A DNA stretch of 64,000 nucleotides. Source: the human T2T-CHM13v2.0 reference genome, Homo sapiens. The position numbers and the translations under genes are program-made. The stretch lies in the NCBI RefSeq assembly GCF_009914755.1, contig NC_060925.1. The stretch is one strand, 5' to 3'. This document shows, piece by piece, positions 1-15,146 of this stretch (position 1 is the first letter of the stretch; every line of letters begins with the position of its first letter). The notes below the pieces were generated by a model. The model was not told the DNA's origin and ran no database searches. It was given only the letters and a program-made list of their open reading frames with translations.

Positions 1-70
1 TAGAGGGGTGGTTATTTAAAGTAGGAGAAGCTGTGCCTCCCATCAACCCTCCATATTGCTTGGAAGCATA

Positions 71-100
71 TGTGTGTATGTGTGTGTGTGTATTTGTGTG
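71..100. repeat. imperfect (TG)n microsatellite
   Basis: tgtgtgtatgtgtgtgtgtgtatttgtgtg. Confidence 0.8.
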
Positions 101-1000
101 CACATACATGGGTGTTTCTTTCCAAATTCTCCTATGCTTGGGGCTGGTGGTTAAAGAGATAAAGACTTTCTTTGGTTCATAGTTTTCAGCAGTCTCTTTA
201 GAGTGTTGAATAGTATAGTACATTTTCTAGATAACCCTTTTATTATTTAATTAAAATTTTCCTGCAAGGGTAAAGAAGATGATACATAACTAAAGCAAAT
301 GTGCGTTCTGTTTGCTGAGATTAGAGATTGACATGCCTTTGGTTTGTCCTACAATGTCATGATTGAGCTGTGGGCACATGGTCCAGTTTCTCTTTAGTGA
401 TGACACAGTAGGGCCTATAAGAAAACTAGGTAATTCTAATTCTTATGAAACCTTGGATCAATTTGAAAGAAAAATAAGAAACCAGAGGGCAAATAGGTAT
501 GATTTTCAGTGCACTGAAAACTCCAGCAAGCAAATATTGATTTCAGTGCCTAATCCACAAATGAGTATATCGATCCTATCCTTTTTGTTGAAGGTGCCAA
601 GTTTCATTTTCTACTCAATTGACGACTATAATTTAGGAGTAGGTGGCCTGATTAAGTGAGCTGTTGCAAGTCTAATGACTTACTTTTAAGATCCCATGGT
701 GTGCCCTGACTTTTGAAAAATCTCAACATCCTTTAGGCCCAGAAGGATAAGGAAACTTCATTGATTCTTTTAACAGTGGTATATTAAAACATTACCAGCA
801 ATCAAAAGGGACCTCATTAGAAAAAAATGTAAATGATGACATCCCTAGGAGGCATTTTTGTTCTCCAAATTGCTGAGCTTTTTTCTCTTGCTTCTCACAG
901 CAGTAACTCTGATATTCCAAAGAGGAAAATGAAAAAAAGTTGCTCAAACTATCTCATGTTGGCCTTTCATGATATATTGTGACAGTTGTGGGGATGAAGT

Positions 1001-1235
1001 TGAAACTGCTTTTGCAATATCATGGCAGTAAGGGAAAGATGACATAGTTGATTCCATCTTCCTTCTGATTTTCAAGCTGTCCTTGGTCCAACCTAACTTT
1101 CGGGGGAATTTAGTTTATAGTTTAACTTAAAAGCAAGGATGATAATAGGTCCTCCCTAAAACTGATATCCTCCTTGTTCAGGGACTGAAAACACCTTTGT
1201 AAAACTAATGAGAGGTCACAAGATTATGGGAGGAG
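1001..1235 (+). mobile_element. ERV1 LTR8A-type 5' LTR (only the first ~235 bp retained)
   Basis: Starts TGAAACTGCTTTTGCAA and is colinear with the start of the full LTR at 3547; preceded by AAGT, which recurs after 4291. Confidence 0.85.
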
Positions 1236-1447
1236 GAGGGATGCACTTGAATGCAGGTTCCTGATATCTTTGGAAATTGTGTCATTAGAATAGAGGGAAA
1301 ACTTCCAGGATGCTCACGGAGAGATAATGCATCCATAAGGACTACTGTCCCAATATCTAGTAGAACAGGAATTAATTGCATGACCTGAACTAATAGAAGA
1401 CTGAAATAATCTTTTTATAACTTTTTGCTTAAAACGTTGCTGATTCT

Positions 1448-1747
1448 TGGCTCACGTCTGTAATCTTAGCACTTTGGGAGGGAGAGGCAGGTGGATTGCC
1501 TGAGCTCAGGAATTCGAGACCAACCTGGCCAACATCATGAAACCCCGTCTCTACTAAAAATACAAAAAATTAGCCGGGCATTGTGGCATGCGCCTGTAGT
1601 CCCAGCAACTTGGGAGGTTGAGGCATAAGAATCACTTGAACTCAGGAGGCAGAGGTTGCAGTGAGCCAGCCAAGATTACACCACTGCACTCCAGCCTGGG
1701 TGACAGAGTGAGACCCTGTCTTAAAAAACAAAACAAAACAAAAAACA
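1448..1747 (+). mobile_element. AluS element
   Basis: Dimeric Alu with A-rich tail; TSD aaa(c/t)gttgctgattct. Confidence 0.95.
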
Positions 1748-1890
1748 AATGTTGCTGATTCTTTTTGTTTTGTTTTGTTTTGTTTTCAGAGTCAAGCAAG
1801 CTTCTTTTGAGTAATTTACAGTTTTTGACAATTGAGTAAATACTCCTGTGAGCAAAATTTGAAGCACATTTTTTTCTCTCTACCTGATTT

Positions 1891-2488
1891 TGAGGCAGGA
1901 TAGGTAGTCAAAGAAGTGATCATGTCCTTGGGACACAGCAACCATGGTGACTGTACAGTTAACACAACAAGCCTGATCATTCATGTTGTAATAGAGCTCA
2001 CTCAAGCAAAGCTATCTTCAGAAGGGACTTTCCCTTCTAGAGAGCATGAACATTTTGATTTTACCTGTCCTCAAACTGACCCTTTCCTCATTATAATAGT
2101 AAAAATCACACCCTAGGTGGAGATTTAAGATACCAATGAGACATGCAACATATGAACAAGCAGGTACAGCTATTGCACATGTGCACCCAGAGGACCACCC
2201 AGAACATGCTTACTAGTTACACCTGTTTCCACCTCCTTATGAATAATCATGTAAGACCCTCATAAATGGAGTCTCCTTAGAGCTGGTCTTTGTTGTCTCA
2301 TCCTTACGAGCATCCTGCCCTGAATTCTCTCTTTCAGGGTGTACTGTCTATTCTGCACCTAACTTTCAGAATATTCCTTTTCTTTGGCAATAAATTACTC
2401 TATGCTGCATTTCTTTTGCTGTGTGTCTCTTGCTTAAATTCTTTTAAACCAGAAGACAAGAACTGAGGTATCACATCCGCCATTAAAA
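1891..2488 (+). mobile_element. ERV1 (MER4-group) solo LTR, LTR43-like, nested in the ERV internal region
   Basis: TGAGGCAGGATAGGTAGTC start, AATAAA near 3' end, 4-bp TSD ATTT on both sides. Confidence 0.75.
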
Positions 2489-3546
2489 ATTTCTCCAGAA
2501 TTTGGAAACGATATGTGAATAATCTTAACTTATGGCAATATAGTTACTTGCAGAAGTTCAGTAAGAATCAGTTTTCTTTTGTAGCAGGACGCATTTGGAG
2601 AGACTGCTTATTTTATCAAGGCTCTGACTGGAATGACATGTCTTCAGATTGCTTTGAGGAATTGAGGTTGACCTATAAAGCCAGCAAAAGCCCTTTGAAA
2701 AAACTGGCCTCATACCTTATCCTGTACAGAGTTCCTGACCTGTGGCAACTGTAGCATGTCACTTTTTGACAGACCCCGAAACCCTAAGCTATTTTGAGAC
2801 CTCAAGAAGAGAGGAACTCACCCAATTCATACAGGTATTTGGAGGCACAAATAAATCCTTGTCTGGTATCAAGAGGCTTTTAAAAGGCCTAATTTGAGAT
2901 TCTTTATTAAAACAATTCCAAAAAAAGCCACTTTTTAAAAAAAAGATCCTATACAGCAAATAATTATTTTTGTTGTACTTTATGCAAATAATCAGGCCAC
3001 ATATAATGGGGTTGGAACTTATTTTGCAAATAAATTTGTCCTACTATGATTTGTCCTTGATACAAATGGGTGACTGGGGAGAGAAAAATTCTGTAGGAGA
3101 AAAACCATAGTATACCTGTTATTAAATTCCAGCTTTGTCCATTGTTGTTGAGTCTCTGCTGATTACCTCATATCTGATTGGTTCTTGGGGGTCATTCACC
3201 TGGATCCCTTAAGACTTCATATCAGTTCTGCAAGAATTCCTGAAGCTAGAGTTTTCATTCTTTATGTTAGGACTCATTATTTGTCTTATAGCCCACTGCT
3301 TACTTGAGTGCTGTCCTAAAGCTCCGGATAAGAGCTTTTTGTCATGCAGAACTTGGGACTCCAACCAGCCACCCATGAATACATACAGACAACTACAAGA
3401 TGGTTTCACTCCTCTTACCCTGGGGGTGATCCATACCCCAACTATGCCTCCTGTCAACAGGAAGAAGTTAGAGAAATTTTTGACCTTTTCTTATCTCCGT
3501 AGCTCACAGCTCTGGATTGAGGTGTGCTGAAGCACAAGCTGGGATT

Positions 3547-4291
3547 TGAAAACACATTTGCAAAATTATGACAGCAAGAGAAATATGACATTGTTGACTC
3601 CATCTTGCTTCTGACCTCCAAGCTGTCCTTGGTTACTCCCGGGTGTAGGCCAGCTACCAAATTTGGGAGGAATTTAGTTTACAGTTTAATTTGAAAGCAA
3701 AGATGATAATAGTCTCTCCCTAAAATGAACTCCTTCCTTGCTCAGGGACTGAAACTACCTTTGTAAGACTAATGAAAAGCCACAAGAATAGGATCATGGG
3801 ATAAGCCTGAACTCTGCTAAGATGTAGGTATAGTTTCTATAATCCTTTACTGCTCAGGAATCGTGTGGCCAGAGGTCACAAGATTTGTGACTTCCTCAAT
3901 TGCTCCTATAGATAACATCACTATTTTAGAACCTAAGATTGTTTTTTTGAGATATCTTTCAGACTGACCCCACCCAGACTCATGACTCATGACTCCACTG
4001 CACCTGTGACCTCCACTCTGAAGGGGACTCAGCACAGAAGTATCGTTTTCCACACCTCTATGATTTTATCTCCAACCAATTAGCAACACTCATTCCTTAG
4101 CCCCCTGCCCACCAAATTTTCCATAAAGACCGTAGTCTCTAAGTCTTTAGGGCGACTGATTTGAGTGGTAACTCCAGTTCTGTGTGGGCTGGTCTTCTGT
4201 CAGTTAACCTCTTTCTCAACTGCCATGCTGCAGTCTCAGTGGATTGATTTTGCCTGTGCAGCAGGCAAGAAGAACCCATTGGGTGATTACA
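3547..4291 (+). mobile_element. ERV1 LTR8A full-length 3' LTR
   Basis: TGAAAAC...GAACCCATTGGGTGATTACA, TG..CA ends, followed by AAGT. Confidence 0.9.
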
Positions 4292-5639
4292 AAGTATTAT
4301 TCAAAACAACTATTTAGCCAGAAACTAGTCTATGCTAGGTATTCAATACACATACTTTCAATATTTAGGGTGAGAAGAACATATGAAATAAAAAAAGCAT
4401 TTTTTTTGTATATTTCTTTACTTTATTTCAAGGTTACAAAAGCATCTCTTACAAATCAATGCTGATTGCATTTCAGATATCAGAGGAATGCAAAAACTTG
4501 TGGTCTCATCTGAGAATAGAGGGTGCCATTGCAGAGAGAATAAAATAATGGGGTTCACATGCAAGTGCAAGAATTCAGAAGACCTTTCTTCTAAGGAGGA
4601 CTCCCAACTAGGCAGTTACCAGGTTTCTTCTGTGAACTCTGTGTTGAAGTTTCCTGGTTTCATAAAGATTTTAAACTCTGGAGGTACAGGAACAGGTATG
4701 GAGGAGATTTAGAAAAGGAATCTTTTTTTTTTTTAAAGAATAGCTCAACAGTTACTAGTTAGTTTGGTACTTATGGCCCTGAGCTGCTGGCTGGAGGACG
4801 TGGCTTCTGCTTTTAGCTACACTTGCAGTAATAATAATGAGCTGGGTTCCAACATGGGGCACCCTCTCTGGACTCATATACATTTGTTTGAAAGTAGCAG
4901 TGGAGAGGAGTGGTTGTCTCCTCCTTCGCTCTGCCTCCTCTCTGCACCACTGTAGCCCTGGGGTGGGCTCAGCAAGGTGCCTGAAGCTAAGGGAGATCAG
5001 ATAGTCAGTGCTTGGGTCTGTTCCCATGGAGACCTGGCTTTTACTGCACAGACCAGGTGGCTTTTTCTCGGCCACTGCACCAGGCACAGAGGGTGGCAGC
5101 CCACACCCTCTTCCCAGGAGCAGAGAAGGAGCAGATGGCCATGTGCTTCTCAAGGACAGAGCCTGTGGGGCTTGCCAGCCAGTTGCAAAAATGAATCTAA
5201 ATGAAAAAGAGTTTTTAGGATAAAACTGAAAAGATTATGCTCTTTATACTAAAGCAATATGACTTTTTGGACAGAGAAAAAAGTATTGAGCTGAACATTA
5301 ACGTGATGGGCAGGCTAGAAAGACCAATACAGTCTCTCAGTGTGCATCTTGAAATCCCAAGATGCCCTGAAGTGAGGGAGAAGAAAAAGAGGTTGATTTT
5401 CCAGGGTGTATGTTTCTCATCCTTTACACACACAACAAAATCAGAAAACTTTTAAATGGAATACCCCTTCAGCCTTTTCAAATATAATTTCCAAGAAGAT
5501 AAAATAATTAAGATGGGTAGTTAAGAATAAAAATCGTGGAGAAGAGGAAAAATGCTCTTTGAGGAGGGAATAGATTAAAGGCGTATGTATCCAGAATTTA
5601 GTACTGCTAAATTTAGGAAGCTGCTTCATACCCCAATAG

Positions 5640-5876
5640 CGATCATGGCTCACATAGCCTTGATCTTCCAGGCTCAAGCTATACTCCCACCTCAGCCTCC
5701 TGAGTAGTTGGGACAAAGGCATACACCACCTTGCCTGGTTAATTATTTTCATTTTTAATAGAGAAGAGGTCTTGCTATGTTGCCCAGGCTGGTCTTGAAC
5801 TCCTGAGCTCAAGCAATCCTCTTGCCTGGGACTCTCAAAGTGCTAGGATTACAGGCATGAGCCACTGTGCCTGGCC
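5640..5876 (-). mobile_element. AluJ, partial
   Basis: Antisense Alu sequence ending ccactgtgcctggcc; 3' tail missing. Confidence 0.9.
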
Positions 5877-5877
5877 G

Positions 5878-6025
5878 TGTTTTATTTTTGTAGCTATTGT
5901 AAATGGAATTGTTGTCTTGATTTCTTTTTCAGCTACTTCGTTACTGGTGTATAGAAACATGACTGATTTTTGTGTGTTGATTTTGTATCCTAATACAAAA
6001 TACAATTGATTGATACAATTTGTCA
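5878..6025 (-). mobile_element. L1 ORF2 fragment
   Basis: gctattgtaaatggaatt...ggtgtatagaaa...gattttgtatcct matches antisense L1. Confidence 0.75.
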
Positions 6026-6034
6026 GTTTCAGAA

Positions 6035-6316
6035 GTGGGGATGAAGAAAGATTGGTTCATAAGTATAAACATACAGTTAGATAGAAGGAATAAGTTCTAT
6101 TGTTTGATATTATAGTTAACAACAATATATTGCATATTTCAAAATAACTAGAGGAGAAAAATTAAAATGTTCCCAAAACAAAGAAATGACAAATATTTGA
6201 GGTGATGGATTATATAATACTAATTACTCTGATTTGATCATTACACATTGTATGCATGTATCAAAATACCACATTACCCCATAAATATGTAACAATATTA
6301 TATATCAATTAAAAAC
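6035..6316 (+). mobile_element. L1MA 3' end
   Basis: acagttagatagaaggaataagttct...gatttgatcattacacattgtatgcatgtatcaaaa...tcaattaaaaa. Confidence 0.85.
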
Positions 6317-6999
6317 AGAGAAAGAAAGGAAGGTTTGCAGTTGAAGTCTTAAGAGAACAACCACTGATAAAGTCTTCTGAGCTCGGAGGGAGTTGACTTT
6401 GATATTACTCCCATTAGTAACATAGCTGCTTTTAGGGGGAAGGATTCTACTCCGAGCTCACCCCTGTAAGAGCATAAGCTCCCTGTGCTCAGGAAACCAG
6501 CAGCTCACACAGGACGTGGCACCTGTACGCATCTGGTAACCATCTGTGGAATGTTGACCTGGCAAGAGATCACCTGTTTTCTCTTTTGTGGGAAAGGAGT
6601 GAGGCAGGCGTGTAAAGAAGCAGTTTAGTTTAGCTATGCTGAATATCTTTATAGGGGAAAATTCAGAAATCAATCCCCAGACCTGCTTCCCATTTAGCAT
6701 GGCAATCCCCTCTCTGGCCTCCTTACCCCCACTCTGCAATTCTAATTACTACCGCATGTTGAAACAAAACCTCACTTCTCTTAGCTTTCTAAAGTAGATG
6801 CTGCTTCTAACCGCAAACAAATCTGCTGTTTTACCAGACAACTCTCCAAACATTTGAAGGCAATGATCCTATCTGCCTTCAGTTTTCTCTTGTTGGGGGT
6901 AAACAAACTACTTCTGCTTCCTAGATCTCTAAATACACCTTCTCTGAGCATATCATACTGAGCAAATATTTCTCTTAAAATATAGAAATTAAAATGGAA

Positions 7000-8300
<1,301 letters not shown>

Positions 8301-8920
8301 TGCTACACACTTTATTTGTATAAACAAAATTATTCATTATGCTTTGGTTCTAAATATATTAGAAAACTATTTAAACTTACTTTTAATGTTTGCTATAGGG
8401 AGGCAACTGTCAAACTACTGCAATGAATATTAAAAATCATACTGAGATTATTATAGCGTTGGGGGAAAATGACAAGATTTTAAGTGAGAAATTATTTTTT
8501 AACACCCCATTATGTTTATTAAAGTTTAGCTACATTGGAAAATAGTTAACAGTAAGAACAATCATTGCCTTCTGTCCCTGCCATATTTTATTACTTCTCA
8601 CAATTGTCTAACCATGTTCACATTTTGGATGAATAATAAAGCAATTCAACAGTAACAACAATCTGATTCTTGTTTTGCATTGAAGGAGAGGAAAAACAAC
8701 ACAGGAAATCTGCCTTCTATAATCAAAGAGTTGAATTTTAGCCTTATTGGAAATGTGTTTCAACCCAATTACTTAGAAGCCTTGTTTTTTGTTTGGTTTC
8801 CTGGGTGGTTAATATGCAGTATCTTTGGCTTCTCCGCTAGAAAAAGAGGAAATGATTTACAACTTGGAGCCAAAAATAAATAAAACACTTTTTCACTCCA
8901 AGGGACTTGCTTCACTAACT

Positions 8921-9231
8921 CTTTTCTTTCTTTTTGTTTTTCTTTTTTTTTTTTTGAGATGTAATCTCACTCTGTCACCCAGGCTGGAGTGCAGTGGCAC
9001 AATCTCAGCTCACTGCCAGCTCCACCTCCCAGTTCACGCCATTCTCCTGCCTCAGCCTCCCGAGTAGCTGGGACTACAGGCGCCTGCCACCAGGGCTAAT
9101 TTTTTGTATTTTTAGTAGAGACGGGGTTTCACCATGTTAGCCAGAATGGTCTCGGTTTCCTGACCTCATGATCCACCCACCCCGGCCTCCCAAAGTGCTG
9201 GGACTACAGGCGTGAGCCACTGCATCAGGCC
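8921..9231 (-). mobile_element. AluY/Sc-like element
   Basis: Antisense dimer with ttcacgccattctcc; TSD aactctt. Confidence 0.95.
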
Positions 9232-9274
9232 AACTCTTCTCAATTAAAGCTTATCTCCTGCTTAAAGTAGTATT

Positions 9275-9590
9275 GGATTATAACCCAAAGTATGAAATAA
9301 GCACCTATGAGTCCATACTAACCATGACAAAAATATCAGATACATTCTAATACAGGGCATTCTACACTATACCTGGCCAGTAGTTCTTCACACTGTCAAG
9401 ATCATTGAAAACATGGAAAGTCTTAGAAACTGTCACAAAGAAGATCCTAAAAAGTCATGCCAACTAAATGGAAGGTGCTGTCTGCATGGGATTATTGAAC
9501 AACAACAAAAAATGACATTAGGAAGAAGCCAAGGAAATGTGAATACTGGTTCCCAATAATATATCAGTATTGATTCATTAATTATATAAT
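9275..9590 (+). mobile_element. L1MC/L1MD 3' UTR fragment
   Basis: ggcattctaca...ctggccagtag...actgtcaagatcat...agaaactgtcaca pattern. Confidence 0.65.
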
Positions 9591-9742
9591 TTAAAAATTA
9601 AAAGCTATCAACATTATGCATGCATATTAAAAACCTTAAAGGATGCAAGTCACCAAACTCCCTTAAGAATCTGATAGCAGCCCTACTATACATATGAGGA
9701 TTACAGAGTGGCCTCTGCTCTGGTCTTACATACATATATATA

Positions 9743-10054
9743 TTTGTTTGGTTGTTTGGTTTTTAGATAGAGTCTCACTTTGTCATCCAGGCAGAAAGGC
9801 AATGGTGCAATTTCAACTCACTGCAACCTCTTCCTCCTGGGCTCAAGTGATCCTTCCACCTCATCCTCCTGAGTAGCTGGGACTACAGACATTCACCACC
9901 ACACCTGGCTAATTTGTGTTTTTTATGTTTATCGTTTGTAGAGATGGGGTCTCACTATGTTGCTTGGGCTGGTCTAGAACGCCTCAGCCAAGGGATTCTC
10001 CCACCTCAGCCTCCCAAAGTGCTGAGATTACAGGCATGTGCACCATGCCCAGCC
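9743..10054 (-). mobile_element. AluJ element
   Basis: Diverged antisense dimer (cctgggctcaagtgatcc). Confidence 0.92.
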
Positions 10055-10179
10055 TTATATTTTTTTCTGTTGATGCATGCTACACTACTTTATTCCATTC
10101 TTCCTCTGCTGGAAAGTCTGCTTCTTGCCTTAAATCTGCAAATAGTCAAAAATTATCCCAACTGATCTTTATAGATCAA

Positions 10180-11025
<846 letters not shown>

Positions 11026-11532
11026 AGCAACCTTTTTAGAAGGTTTTGCAGCTCTCCATGTTCTGAAGGAAACTGGCTTAAATTTCTGTTGTCTATAATG
11101 CTTTTACTCCATTGCATTTTTTTTCTGAGCACTTTTGGATTATTTTGTTTTTCCTCTGGAATCTCCCTGCCAGCCTTCCCTACTTACTTTGGCGATGGAT
11201 GGTTGCTTCAACCTTTTTTGGCCAGCAGAATTTAAATTCCCCTTGGAGCCTGAGTCATGATTGTTATTTGTTTTTGGGTGGGAGGGCAGCATCGATTCTC
11301 AAAAGACATACCTTAACAAAATGGAAAGAAAAAATAAATAGTAAATCAGAATAGTTTGGTATATATTAAAATAACCAGCTCTATTATTTAAAATGTTTCT
11401 AGGCAAAGCTTTTCACTGTGACGACTTAGGCAAAAAACTTGACTGAAAGCAAAATTACTGGAAGCTGATTCAGTTTTTGAGGAAACAGTATTTCCAAAGA
11501 AACCCCAGTCTATCTTGTGACACTGTGAAACA

Positions 11533-11841
11533 CAGTCAAATGTTGCTTAATGACAGGGATACATTCTGAGAAATGCATCATTGAGTGATTTTAGCGTTGT
11601 GTGAACATCATAGAGTGTACTTACTCAAACCTAGATTGCATAGCCTACTACACACCAGGCTATATGGTAGATAGTCTATTGCTCCTAGGCTACAAACCTG
11701 TATAGCATGTTACTGTACTCAATACTGCAGGCAACTGTAACACAATAGTAATTCTTTGTGTATCTAAACATAGAAAAGGTACAGTAAAAATATGGCATTA
11801 TAATCTTATGGGACCACCTTATTATATGAGATGCATGTCTG
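11533..11841 (+). mobile_element. Tigger3a (MER7A) DNA transposon
   Basis: cagtca...cattctgagaaatgcatc...gctcctaggctacaaacctgta...cttatgggaccacc. Confidence 0.85.
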
Positions 11842-11844
11842 TAT

Positions 11845-13345
11845 ATATTTGTTCTTCATCCCAGTTTCTTGACATATAGATCCTAAAACCCTTGGAATCT
11901 CAGGAGTAATAAGAATGTCTTTTGAATGCTAATGAAATAACTAGGTGCCCCTAGTCAGCTTCAGGATTAGAAGGTTGAGACTTTCATTCTCACCCCTAAC
12001 CTCCAGAGCAGGAAGAGGGGCTGAAGATTAAGTTGATCACTGATGACCAATGATAATCACTGGTCATTAATCATTCATGGCTATGTAACTGACCACAGGT
12101 TCTTGGCTGTTGTGTTATAGAAACTGACATGAGGTCTAGCAAGTTTCCCAGACAAGGCTTTTATTGGGTCTTATGTTTGAATACAAGGGAGGCAGCACAA
12201 GCGAGATAATTATCTGGCTGGCTCCCTGAAGAGAGTACGGAGAGTAATTTTAAAGGAGCTAAAGTGGGCTGGGAGTGATGTTTAAGCATGTAGAGGCTGG
12301 AAACTTCCGGCACCTGCACAGTTTGATAATATGCTTCTTCATGCATTGCATATCTCATTCACATGTTAAATCTCCACCCCTGGATGTGATTTTTTAGTGT
12401 TATAATGAAGCTAAGGTAAAGGATTGGTCATTCTTCTGGTCTTGTACGCATGCAGGAGATAGGGCTAATGCCCTTGAGTAAGTTTTAAAGTGGGAGCTGC
12501 TTGTTTAAATTTCCTCGAGGTCCCACAGTCAGTGAGTATGGCACCTTGAGTAAGACTTATGGTGGGCCATTTCTTATCTTAGTCTCCTTAAGGCCCCTTG
12601 ATCAGTGAGCATGGCACGTTGAGCAAGATTAATGGTGCAAGATCTGGATGGTCCTTGCTGACCATGGCTCCCCTCCCCACCAGCTTACATTAGGGGTCCT
12701 TGGTGGGGTGCAGTGGGTGGGAGGCAAGTCTTGTATGTACTCTGTCTCATCTGTGTAATGAATTCTCTATAAAAACTCCAAAAGACAAGGTTCAGGAGCT
12801 TCTAGGTAGCAGAACACAGGGAGAGTTTTGGAAGGTGGTGTACCCAAGGCGGGCATGGAAGCTCTGTGCCCCTTTCTCCATACGTTACCTTGTGCATCTT
12901 GTCATCTGTACCCTTTGTAACATTCTTTGTAATAAGCTGATAAGTGTGTTTCCCTGAGTTATGTGAGTCACTCTAACAAATTCATCAAATTCCAGGAGGG
13001 AGTTATTGGAACCTTGATTCATAGCCAGGCAGAAGAGTAGTTGACAACCTAGTACTTGTGACTGAGTCTAAGTAGGGAGCATTCTTGTGGGACTGAGCCT
13101 CTGACCTGTGGGATCTGATGCCATCTCCAGGAAGATAGAGTCAGAATTGAATTGAATTAGAGGACACCCAGCTTGTGTCTACTGCAGAATCCACTACAGA
13201 ATCTGCAGGATTTTTTTTTCCGGTGTGTAGGGAAAACCCCCCATACATTTGGTGTCACAAGTGGTATTGAGTGACTATGTGAGAGTGTGGACTAGAAAAA
13301 CGTAGTTCAATTTTTCCTATAGCCTATATTTGGTGTCAGGAGTGT
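11845..13345 (+). mobile_element. MER21 LTR, split by a nested LTR
   Basis: ctaaaacccttggaat...ttgatcac...tgtgggactgagcc...agaattgaattgaatt...catttggtgtca. Confidence 0.8.
12084..12749 (-). mobile_element. ERV1 solo LTR (MER66/LTR43-related; family not firm)
   Basis: Minus strand TGAGACAGAG...AATAAAAGCCTTGTCTGGGAAA...TTACA; shares a block with the 1891-2488 LTR; contains a ~75-bp internal tandem repeat. Confidence 0.7.
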
Positions 13346-14358
13346 GTATAAAAAAAGAAAAAACACTTTGCTTTGGGTTTCTCTTATCTATTAATGCATT
13401 AATAGTCTGTCGATAACCAAAGCAATGAATTTGCCCTGCCCCTACCTCTCCTCCCCTTGCACAAAATGTGCTGCAAATCTTGAAGCCTCAAGAAGAGAGT
13501 ACTCTCCAATGCCTGCCTTGGATACAGACACGGAGGAAAGTGGAAGAGGGTTATGCTGAGGAAGGACCTCACAGAGGGCAAATGAGAAGCCACAGAGAAC
13601 AATGCCCAAAGGCACTAAAAATCCAAGAAGTGAAGAGACTGCGGCTGGTCTACCCAATGTACCTATTTCCCTTCTTCCTTAGAAAACCCTAACTTAACTC
13701 GGGGCAACTGACATGACTGCAACACTAGCTCCCAAGTTTCAGAAGGATACTGAGAACAGAAGATAAGCTAAGAAGAATGAAACAGAAAGGCAGAAGGAAC
13801 CTGGGTCCCCAAAGCTCTGAATCTTCATACCCTCCCTGTTTCTCCTCCCATAGGCTTCTTTTGTGTTCTTGTGTTAGCTGCCTTTCCCCCCATTGTCTGC
13901 CAGTAGCAATTAAGACCGATTTAAAAAGATATATTCATTTTCTTTATTAAAGGTACCAACTCTCTCCAAACTCTGAATGTTATTTGTATTGTGGTGAGCA
14001 GATTCAACCTGATAAACCAAGTTATTTGCTAACAATTTCTGAGCTATAGAAAAGTATATAGCACCCAGGTGAGGTGTGGCAAAATTAAAAAGAAAAAAAG
14101 AAGAAAAGTATAACGCAGTTCATTTCCAAAAGTCCAGATACTTTCTGTGATTCATATAGAGATGTAACTATTCCTTCAAATGTATCATTGTGAGGTTATA
14201 TTTTTCTTCAGTATAAATTCTGCTTTTTAACATAAGAAGGATACCCCATTCTGGTTGCATTCTGTTTAACTAAGAGTTGTCATTTGTTTTGTTATTTAAT
14301 TACCCATTTTCAAAGACTTAGAAAACAGTAAAGTACATTGACCATAAAAACCTCCCCT

Positions 14359-14557
<199 letters not shown>

Positions 14558-14669
14558 TCAACTCTTGAATAATACACCAGGTCTATAGTAGAATTTTCTC
14601 TTCTGTTTTGCTCTTTTGGCAGGACTCTGTGTTTATTTGGCGCCAAATAGGCTTTTGATTCAGGAAGGA

Positions 14670-15146
14670 CGTATGAATTAGGAATGCACTTGGCTGTGAT
14701 TAACAGCAAGTCTGTCAGCATTAGATTGTTATGGTTAAAAGTCTGGTTGTAGGAAGTTTAGGCTACTACAGCAGCTCCTCAAGTTTGCAATCAAAGGCAC
14801 AGGTTCTTTCCAGCTTCTACTCTGCTCTTCCTAACATGTGGCTTTTGTCCTCCTAATTGCAAGATAAATGCTTTACATTCAGATTCCTCGCAGAAATAAA
14901 GGTGAAAGTTAAAGGCCAATGGGCTTTCTCCAAATCAAATATTACTCAGGAAAGAACACGCTCTCCAGGTAAATCTGCCCATACCTTATGGACCCAAACT
15001 GTGCCCCATGGCAAACCCTAGCTGGAAGGAGATCTGAGCAAATAAGTATTTTTAGTTCAGCACATTGACACCCCCAATAAAATATGGTTCTCTTTTCTCT
15101 TAGAAAGTATGTGGAAATTGGATAGCTAGCCAGAATATCTGCCACA
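14670..15146 (-). mobile_element. Old MLT1 (MLT1J/K-like) LTR
   Basis: aaccctagctggaagg...gcacattgacaccccc...atctgccaca. Confidence 0.55.

Larger units (their letters stand above)
1236..3546 (+). mobile_element. MER4-group ERV internal remnant (3' portion, env-tail region), interrupted by an Alu and a solo LTR
   Basis: Lies between two LTR8A copies; resembles recalled MER4-int 3' sequence; TM-like peptide FFMLGLIICLIAHCLLECC near 3258-3314. Confidence 0.7.

Noticed and set aside
5878-6316. Twin-primed (5'-inverted) L1
   Set aside because: The two opposite-strand fragments come from distant parts of L1 and share no visible TSD
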